A program made the position numbers and the translations under genes. From Candidatus Gottesmanbacteria bacterium (GTDB taxonomy: Bacteria; Patescibacteriota; Microgenomatia; 2-02-FULL-39-11), in NCBI GenBank assembly GCA_016218275.1, contig JACREK010000001.1, forward strand, positions 1-35,458: a DNA stretch of 35,458 nt, written 5' to 3'. The notes beneath the pieces were generated by a model. The model worked only from the letters and a program-made list of their open reading frames with translations. It did no database searches and was not told the DNA's origin. Position 1 is the first letter of the stretch; each line of letters opens with the position of its first letter. Below are positions 28,969-35,458 of the stretch, in pieces.

Positions 28969-29613
28969 CCAAAGAATTTACCATTGCCAGATGAAGAAAA
29001 AATCACTACTCTTTGTAAAATTCTCCAGCGAAAATTAACAAAGGAAGAAACAAGGAGAAAATATGCCCCGGCGAAACATATACTCACGCTTTTGGGGGCT
29101 GGAGCTTTTCTCACAATGGCAATGATAGCTCCCAATACAATTCGACTGGGAAAGACATTTTTGCAAAACGATGACTGGAAAAATTGGAAGAAATATAATC
29201 CATTTTACCTGCGTAGAGCCATAAAGCGATTACAAAAAGAAAAATTAGTGGAAATATCTGAAGAAAGTGATCAACAAGTAATTAAACTTACTCAAAATGG
29301 AAAAAGAAAGATCATCAAATATTCTCTTGCCGAATTAGAAATTGCCACACCAAAGTCTTGGGATGGTAAATGGCGAATAGTAATCTATGATGTAACTTCT
29401 GCTAAACATGATCTTCGGACATCTTTTAGAGAGACACTAAAAAGTCTTGGCTTTCTACAACTCCAAGAAAGTGTCTTTCTCATCCCCTACCCGTGTGATA
29501 AGGAGATAACTTTCTTAAGAGAATATTATGGGGTTGGCAATGAGGTAATCTACATCATCGCTCATAAACTGGAAAATGAGGATATATATCGTGATTACTT
29601 TGGATTAGTCTAA
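28963..29613 (+). CDS. PaaX-like protein: winged-HTH plus Cas2-like ferredoxin domain
   Basis: LRRAIKRLQKEKLV..KLTQNG (wHTH); WDGKWRIVIYDV..R..FRETLKSLGFLQLQESVF (PaaX central / Cas2-like). Confidence 0.85.
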   Translation: MSPKNLPLPDEEKITTLCKILQRKLTKEETRRKYAPAKHILTLLGAGAFLTMAMIAPNTIRLGKTFLQNDDWKNWKKYNPFYLRRAIKRLQKEKLVEISEESDQQVIKLTQNGKRKIIKYSLAELEIATPKSWDGKWRIVIYDVTSAKHDLRTSFRETLKSLGFLQLQESVFLIPYPCDKEITFLREYYGVGNEVIYIIAHKLENEDIYRDYFGLV

Positions 29614-29659
29614 GGATTAGTCTAAACTAATTCTCATCTCTGAAATTAGATAAATATTT

Positions 29660-29697
29660 AAGCGACAAAATACTCCTCGAGGGAAATTTTGTCGCTT
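29660..29697. repeat. Second copy of the palindromic site, downstream of the PaaX-like gene
   Basis: AAGCGACAAAAT-ACTCCTCGAGGGAA-ATTTTGTCGCTT; 22 bp identical to 28937-28958. Confidence 0.85.
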
Positions 29698-29795
29698 TTA
29701 AGACTTACCTTTGACAGAATTTGACATGACAGAATTTGACAGAAACTGTATGTTCTTCTTACTTGCTCTTCTTATGCTTCTTACTTATACTCTTC

Positions 29796-31130
29796 TTATT
29801 CTTCTTTCTTCTCTGCCTTCTCTACTCCGTAGAAGCGGATGCGGTCGCCCTTGAATATAAGATCTATTTCACCTAAAGGGCCGTTCCTGTGTTTGGCAAT
29901 TAATAATTTTACCATCTGATGATCCCATTTCTCCAACTCCTGCTCTTCCCGATACAAAAACATAACCACATCTGAATCTTGTTCTATAGCGCCTGATTCC
30001 CGTAAATCCGCCAGTTGCGGAATTTTGGTACCTCTGGCTTCTACGGCTCTGGAAAGCTGTGACACTGCCAATACCGGAATTTTTAATTCTCTGGCTAGAT
30101 TTTTGAGCGACTGGGAAACAATTGAAACCTCCTGTACTCGATTATCGAAATGTCTTCCGGGATCAACCAATTGCAGATAATCGACAATCAGAAGCTTCAA
30201 ATTATGAGCAATTTGAAGCCGGCGGGCTTTGGTACGCATCTCAAAGATATTAATTCCCGGAGTATCATCTATATAGATAGGCGCCTCGGAGAGCTCTCCC
30301 ATTGCTTCGGATAATTTGGTGAAATCTTCATCTGTCAGTTTGCCTGTTTTTAATCTCCAAGCATCCACATCTGCTTGGGAAACGAGTAATCTGTCTACTA
30401 ATTCTTCTTTACTCATCTCAAGGGAAAATATCCCCACAGGCAATTTTTCATGAACACCAATATATTGAGCACAATTGAGGACAAATGCTGTTTTCCCCTG
30501 TCCGGGACGGGCTGCCAAAATCAATAAGTTGGAATCCTGCATCCCTGCCAGTTTATTATCCAAATCAGCAAATCCGGATGGTATACCGCGAAGCGCCGAT
30601 CCGCGTTTGTGCAATTCATCAAGCCTATCGAAACTTTCTGCCAGAGCGTCTTTAACCGGTATAAAATCCTGGCGTGAGCGCTTCATGGCAATTGACAATA
30701 CTTCTTCCTCTGCCCGGTCAAGAATATATTTCACCTCCACCTTTTCATCAAAGGCAGACTGAGATATATTGGCAGAACTGTCGATTAACCTTCGCTTGAT
30801 ATAATTATCCGTGACAATTTTGCTGTAAACTTCTATATTGGCAGAGGTTGGAACAATATTGGTTAATTCCGTCAGAAATGCCGCACCCCCGACTTCTTTA
30901 TATTTACCCATCTTTTTCAACTGTGAAGTCACGGTAACTATGTCGATAGGTTCATGCTTCTCAAAAAGTGAGCGCATGGCAGAGTAGATATGAGCATGAG
31001 TATCTTTATAGAAAAATTCCGGAAGGAGAAAATCTACCACGTCAGAAATTGCATCTTTGTCTATAAGGATGGCGCCTAAGATGCTGGCTTCTGCTTGCTC
31101 ATCATGAGGGGGAATACGAGCTTCAGGCAT
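29796..31130 (-). CDS. dnaB: Replicative DNA helicase
   Basis: PPHDEQAEASILG, AARPGQGKT, FSLEMS, IVDYLQL, SQLSR, DLRESGAIEQDSD, IAKHRNGP; ATG 31130 preferred. Confidence 0.97.
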   Translation of the reverse strand: MPEARIPPHDEQAEASILGAILIDKDAISDVVDFLLPEFFYKDTHAHIYSAMRSLFEKHEPIDIVTVTSQLKKMGKYKEVGGAAFLTELTNIVPTSANIEVYSKIVTDNYIKRRLIDSSANISQSAFDEKVEVKYILDRAEEEVLSIAMKRSRQDFIPVKDALAESFDRLDELHKRGSALRGIPSGFADLDNKLAGMQDSNLLILAARPGQGKTAFVLNCAQYIGVHEKLPVGIFSLEMSKEELVDRLLVSQADVDAWRLKTGKLTDEDFTKLSEAMGELSEAPIYIDDTPGINIFEMRTKARRLQIAHNLKLLIVDYLQLVDPGRHFDNRVQEVSIVSQSLKNLARELKIPVLAVSQLSRAVEARGTKIPQLADLRESGAIEQDSDVVMFLYREEQELEKWDHQMVKLLIAKHRNGPLGEIDLIFKGDRIRFYGVEKAEKKEE

Positions 31131-31136
31131 AATAAC

Positions 31137-31229
31137 AATTATCCAATTATCCAATTTTCAAATTATCCAATAATCAAATATTACTGATTGGATAATTTGT
31201 TGATTTGAGAATTTGTTGATTGGATAATT
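31137..31229. repeat. Octamer-periodic palindromic element, copy 6
   Basis: Fills the MBL-dnaB gap from the TGA to 6 nt before the ATG. Confidence 0.85.
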
Positions 31230-31873
31230 CATTCCAATACTACCACCGTCAACTCCGTTGGCAATCTATCTTTTGTAACACTCAATTTGGGAATAGGTTT
31301 TGTGTCCTCTTTACCCATTTCCTTCAGAAATACATCTACACCGGATAAATTGGAAAATATTTTTTGATTATGCAGTTTGGTATTATAATGCATGGGAAGA
31401 ACGATTTTGGGCTCAAGCTGGGAAATCACTTCTGCTGCAATGGGAGCTGATATAGTATAAACCCCACCAACCGGAATCAGCAAAATATCCACTCCGTCAA
31501 GAATTTCCAATGATTTATCATCCAATTTATGACCCAGGTCTCCCAGATGAACCACTGATATTCCGTCTATTTCAATTCTGTAAATAGTATTTTCTCCTCT
31601 CTCTTTCCCATTTTCGTTGTCATGAAAACTAGGGACACCTATGATTTTGATACCTTTCACTTCATATTCACCCGGGCCGGCAATTATAAGAGGACTGCCG
31701 GAAACTCCGCCGCTATAGTTATGATCGTCATGTCCGTGAGAAATTGTAACGACATCAGCTTCAACTTTAGGAAATTTGCTGCCGAGAGAGGCAGGATTAA
31801 AAGGATCGGAAACCAAAGTACCCGATTTTCCTCTTAATTTGAATGAAGAATGTCCAATATAAGTGATTTCCAT
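31229..31873 (-). CDS. Metallo-beta-lactamase-fold hydrolase
   Basis: ITYIGHSSF, DPF, ISHGHDDH, HLGDLG, IPVGG, PMHY. Confidence 0.92.
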   Translation of the reverse strand: MEITYIGHSSFKLRGKSGTLVSDPFNPASLGSKFPKVEADVVTISHGHDDHNYSGGVSGSPLIIAGPGEYEVKGIKIIGVPSFHDNENGKERGENTIYRIEIDGISVVHLGDLGHKLDDKSLEILDGVDILLIPVGGVYTISAPIAAEVISQLEPKIVLPMHYNTKLHNQKIFSNLSGVDVFLKEMGKEDTKPIPKLSVTKDRLPTELTVVVLE

Positions 31874-31907
31874 AGGCAAGTTCTAGTTGTATCATTTTTA
31901 TTTCGAC

Positions 31908-31936
31908 TTGACAAGAGGATAATTTGCCTTTAAGAT
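31908..31936 (+). promoter_or_regulatory. Sigma70-type promoter
   Basis: TTGACA-17 nt-TAAGAT upstream of the + strand operon. Confidence 0.65.
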
Positions 31937-31997
31937 GAATGGGGGAATTTTCCTGCATTCATCCCGATCCGCCAGCTGGCGGAGAGGGATTTTTCAC
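31936..31997 (+). repeat. Hairpin plus solo REP in a 5' UTR
   Basis: Shares a 35 bp identical core with 25607-25673. Confidence 0.8.
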
Positions 31998-32000
31998 ATT

Positions 32001-32432
32001 ATGAAACGGGACGTCGTAATAGCAATTTTTATTGGCTTAATATTAGGCGGAATAGGAGCCTTGCTTGCTACCAGCTTGCCCGCCATTATTAAACAAAGAT
32101 CTCTCTCAACGGATAAGCTTTTGCGTCTCTCTCCCACTCCACCTCCGGCCGACCTGACGCAGCTGCCGACTCTTGATATTACTCAACCCAAAGACCAAAG
32201 TATTTCAGATAATAAAACATTTGATCTGGTTGGCCAAGTGAAATCCGCATCATTTGTTTTGCTGGAAAGCGGTACGGAATATAAAACCATCCAAGCCTCC
32301 GCTGACGGCTTGATTAAAACTCAACTAAATCTTTCCGAAGGGGCAAATGAAATCTATATCAGCGCTTATGATAACAAGGGACAGACAAATACCAAACAAC
32401 TGACTGTCTTTTACACCAGCGAAAAATTATGA
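32001..32432 (+). CDS. Membrane-anchored protein with Pro-rich linker and Ig-like domain
   Basis: MKRDVVIAIFIGLILG anchor, SPTPPP, LDITQP, LSEGANEIYISAYD. Confidence 0.75.
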   Translation: MKRDVVIAIFIGLILGGIGALLATSLPAIIKQRSLSTDKLLRLSPTPPPADLTQLPTLDITQPKDQSISDNKTFDLVGQVKSASFVLLESGTEYKTIQASADGLIKTQLNLSEGANEIYISAYDNKGQTNTKQLTVFYTSEKL

Positions 32433-33217
32433 AGAAAAAAATAATTTTTATAACCATTATAACCGTTATAGCCATTATAATTTTTAACGTCAGCCCGAAT
32501 ACATTGTCGGCTGCTTCTCCCACTTTGTCTCCGTCGGATACTGTTTCATCTCCATCAAGCACGATAATAGATAAACTGAAAAAAATTGAATTGCTTAAAG
32601 AAAAAATCGCTACAAAAGTAGCTGAAATCAGAGCTTCAGAAAAAGCAGCTGTCAGCGGGTTAGTTACAAAATTTGATAAATCCAAATTAACCGTCAAAGC
32701 AAGATTTGGTGATATTACCGTCACTTATATGGAAGATACAATCTTTTATTCCTTTACCGATTCAGGCAAAACCGAGGGAAGCGCAGCAAAAATAAAAGAA
32801 GACAGTCAAATTGCAGCCTTTGGTTATTTCGATGAAACCAAAACAAATCTTTCTGCCAAGTATGTCTATCTTTATCAACCGTCCATTCATCTGATAGGTA
32901 AAATTGCCGATATGGATAAAGGGAACTACACCATAACCGTAAAAGAACCACAAGGGACAACGCTGGTTGACATAGAAACTTATTCCAAAATCTATATCCT
33001 CACTGCGGATAAAAAATTGGCAAAAGGAGGTTTTTCCAAACTTAAAATCGGAGATATGGCGCATATAGAAGGAAATCCAAACAGCAAAGAAGAAAACCGT
33101 ATTTCCTCAACCAGAATAATTTCTCTTTCCTTTGCTCAACCGACTCCCCTCTTTTCCCCTCCCCCATCTCCCAAAAGCGGCGATTCGGAATCTTCCTCAC
33201 CTTCAGCAAATCAATAA
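32429..33217 (+). CDS. Exported protein with two OB-fold-like beta repeats
   Basis: Signal peptide, Ser/Pro linker, two G-x-V/I..IK-x-G/D repeats; ATGA overlap with the upstream gene. Confidence 0.75.
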   Translation: MKKKIIFITIITVIAIIIFNVSPNTLSAASPTLSPSDTVSSPSSTIIDKLKKIELLKEKIATKVAEIRASEKAAVSGLVTKFDKSKLTVKARFGDITVTYMEDTIFYSFTDSGKTEGSAAKIKEDSQIAAFGYFDETKTNLSAKYVYLYQPSIHLIGKIADMDKGNYTITVKEPQGTTLVDIETYSKIYILTADKKLAKGGFSKLKIGDMAHIEGNPNSKEENRISSTRIISLSFAQPTPLFSPPPSPKSGDSESSSPSANQ

Positions 33218-33229
33218 TTCTCCCCAATC

Positions 33230-34336
33230 ATGATAAAAAGAATCGAAAAAGTCAGAAATGTTATTAAAAAACAAAATCTCGATGCGCTTTTTGTCACTGA
33301 CCAATATAATGTTACATACCTAACTAACTTTGCCGGACTGTCTCCAAATGAAAGAGAAGGCTTCCTGCTAATTACTAAAAAGCACGCTTTTCTTTTGACT
33401 TTTCCCACTTATTTTGGGCTTTATAAAGAGGGCGGAGCGGGTTTTGCTACATTAAATATCACTCATGCAAAAAGATTAACAGATCATTTAGCTGAAATTA
33501 TTCGAAGAGAAAAAATTAAAAGTGTTGGATTTGAAAAAGAAAATCTGACGATAGCCGAACTGGAGTCTCTAACAAAAACGGGGTCAGACCTTACAGGATT
33601 TAAAGGTCTGACCCCAACAAATGGAATTGTTGAAAAACTAAGAGTTACAAAAGATACTAATGAATTAGAATACATAAAAAAGGCGGCCGCCTTCACCGAC
33701 CTCGCCTTTGATTTTATAAAAACTAAAATTAAAAGAGGCATTACCGAAAAGGAACTGGCTTTGGAACTGGAATTTTTTCTCAAACAACGCGCCGATGACA
33801 TTGCTTTTTCCCCAATTGTTGCTTTTAACGAAAACGCAGCTATTCCCCACTATCTCCCTTCTCCCTTCTCACAACTCACAAATCACAACTTAATTCTCCT
33901 TGATTTTGGCGCAAAGGTCGGCGGTTACTGTTCGGATATGACCAGAGTGATTTTTTTCGGAAAACCAAAAGCCGGGCTGGCAAAAGCTTACCAATCCGTT
34001 CTTGCGGCACAGAAACTGGCGCTAAAGATTTTAAAAACCGGTTTAGTATGCGGAGCTATCGATAAATCCATAAAAAAAATTCTTACTTCCCAAGGTTATC
34101 CGCGTTATGAACATGGGCTTGGTCATGGAGTAGGACTGGCAATCCACGAAGCGCCAAGACTTAAGATTGGCAGTAAGGAAAAACTAGCGGAAAATATGGT
34201 TGTGACTGTTGAACCGGGAATTTACATGGAAGGTAAATATGGCATAAGGATAGAAGATTTGGTAGTATTAAGAAAGGATGGAATAGAAATTTTATCCAAG
34301 TCACCTAAGTTACTTAAGGAACTTATAATTTTATGA
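33230..34336 (+). CDS. Xaa-Pro aminopeptidase (M24B)
   Basis: Creatinase-type N-domain, IPH, DFGAKVGGYCSDMTR, HGLGHGVGLAIHEAP, TVEPGIY, GIRIED. Confidence 0.94.
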   Translation: MIKRIEKVRNVIKKQNLDALFVTDQYNVTYLTNFAGLSPNEREGFLLITKKHAFLLTFPTYFGLYKEGGAGFATLNITHAKRLTDHLAEIIRREKIKSVGFEKENLTIAELESLTKTGSDLTGFKGLTPTNGIVEKLRVTKDTNELEYIKKAAAFTDLAFDFIKTKIKRGITEKELALELEFFLKQRADDIAFSPIVAFNENAAIPHYLPSPFSQLTNHNLILLDFGAKVGGYCSDMTRVIFFGKPKAGLAKAYQSVLAAQKLALKILKTGLVCGAIDKSIKKILTSQGYPRYEHGLGHGVGLAIHEAPRLKIGSKEKLAENMVVTVEPGIYMEGKYGIRIEDLVVLRKDGIEILSKSPKLLKELIIL

Positions 34337-35458
34337 TTAAACCACAAACTCTCAAAGGCTTCCGTGATTTCCTGCCGCAGAATGTTATTAAACGGCAATT
34401 TATTATTGATAAAATAAAAAAAGTTTTTGAACTATATGGTTTTGATCCATTAGAAACACCTGCACTTGAATACGCTGAAACATTACTTGGCAAATATGGA
34501 AATGAAGCGGATAAACTTTTGTATTTATTTAAAGATCGTGGCGGAAGAAATGTAGGAATGCGTTATGACCAAACAGTTCCACTCGCCCGCGTAATTGCTC
34601 AGTACAAAAACGAAATTTCCTTTCCTTTTAAGAGATATCAAATCCAACCCGTATGGAGAGCCGAAAATCCTCAAAGAGGAAGATTTAGAGAATTTATGCA
34701 ATGCGATATTGATACTGTAGGAATTGGTGGTATTCGGGCAGATACAGAAATTATCGCTTGTGTCATTGCATCGATAAAGAAATTAGGATTTAAAAGAGCA
34801 AAAATGATTGTTAACGATCGAACTGTATTTGTCCACCTACAACCGAAATATGTTGCCGCAATTGATAAGTTAAAAAAAATTGGAAAAGAGGGAGTGATCG
34901 CTGAATTAATTAGTAAAGGCTACGACAAAAACGATGCCGGCAAGCTTATTAACTCATTTGATGCTAAAAAACCTACACCACATATAATCTCTTTATTCCA
35001 ACTTTTGAGAGAATACGGGCTAGAAGAAAATAAAGATTATCTTTTCGATCCTACTTTGGCTCGGGGATTGGATTACTACACTTCTACAATTTTTGAATTG
35101 GTAGCTGATGATTACTTAAGTGGTTCGTTGGGTGGAGGCGGCAGATATGATAAATTAATTGGTAAATTTATTGGTGAGGATATTCCTGCTGTTGGATTTT
35201 CTTTTGGTTTTGATCGATTACTTGAAGCAATGGATCAGTTACAATTATTACCCCAATTAAAATCATTGACAAAAGTACTAGTAAGTGTATTTTCCCCAGA
35301 ATTTCTGAATATATCATTAAAAACTGTTTCCCTGCTTCGTGATGCCGGTATCAATACAGAAATAGTTTTTGATACAAATATTAAACTGGATAAACAGCTT
35401 AAATATGCGGACAAAAAAGGAATTCCCTATGCTGCCATCATCGGCCCGGATGAAGCAA
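34333..35458 (+). CDS. hisS: Histidine--tRNA ligase (partial, runs off the window)
   Basis: Manual translation MIKPQTLKGFRDFLP..RYDQTVPLAR..WRAENPQRGRFREFMQCDID..LARGLDYYT..GGGGRYD; ATGA overlap with the peptidase stop. Confidence 0.96.
   Translation, partial: MIKPQTLKGFRDFLPQNVIKRQFIIDKIKKVFELYGFDPLETPALEYAETLLGKYGNEADKLLYLFKDRGGRNVGMRYDQTVPLARVIAQYKNEISFPFKRYQIQPVWRAENPQRGRFREFMQCDIDTVGIGGIRADTEIIACVIASIKKLGFKRAKMIVNDRTVFVHLQPKYVAAIDKLKKIGKEGVIAELISKGYDKNDAGKLINSFDAKKPTPHIISLFQLLREYGLEENKDYLFDPTLARGLDYYTSTIFELVADDYLSGSLGGGGRYDKLIGKFIGEDIPAVGFSFGFDRLLEAMDQLQLLPQLKSLTKVLVSVFSPEFLNISLKTVSLLRDAGINTEIVFDTNIKLDKQLKYADKKGIPYAAIIGPDEA

Noticed and set aside
28963..29613. CRISPR-associated Cas2 locus
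   Set aside because: The Cas2-like fold is fused to a wHTH as in PaaX-like proteins; no cas1 or repeat-spacer array is nearby.
16484..31229. TTATCCAA octamers as DnaA boxes
   Set aside because: They read TTATCCAAT rather than TTATCCACA and are units of a dispersed periodic repeat at gene junctions.
31935..32000. N-terminal extensions in the ORF track (31935, also 24315, 31154, 22039, 18233, 4778)
   Set aside because: They are translations of repeats or promoter DNA; downstream ATGs match the expected family N-termini.

Overview
A chromosomal housekeeping segment of about 35 kb from an AT-rich bacterium using the standard code. Gene content and protein style (pilin-pilC-pilT-pilB cluster, truncated HolB, H+-PPase, PaaX/Cas2-like wHTH protein, RAYT transposase) suggest a Patescibacteria/CPR organism, probably Microgenomates (inference). 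Genes: type IV pilus cluster, holB-like, RAYT, gyrB-hppA-gyrA-folD, a Xer-type recombinase, a 1.57 kb palindrome-dense intergenic region, a long minus-strand run (membrane protein, yebC, LytR-C protein, Kef antiporter, rluA, DksA-like, lgt, MFS, pepA), tRNA-Leu(CAA), a methyltransferase, a PaaX-like gene, dnaB, an MBL hydrolase, two exported proteins, an M24 peptidase and partial hisS. The unusual content is non-coding. (1) An intact tRNA-Leu sits nested inside the two halves of a second tRNA-Leu-like shell. (2) A diverse family of REP-like hairpins shares a covarying stem with tandem GA/GA mismatches; copies occur inside MITE-like wrappers with different ends and in frame within conserved enzymes. 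(3) An octamer-periodic palindrome occupies stop/start junctions, one copy split by a MITE. (4) The PaaX/Cas2-like gene is bracketed by palindromic sites sharing an identical 22 bp core.
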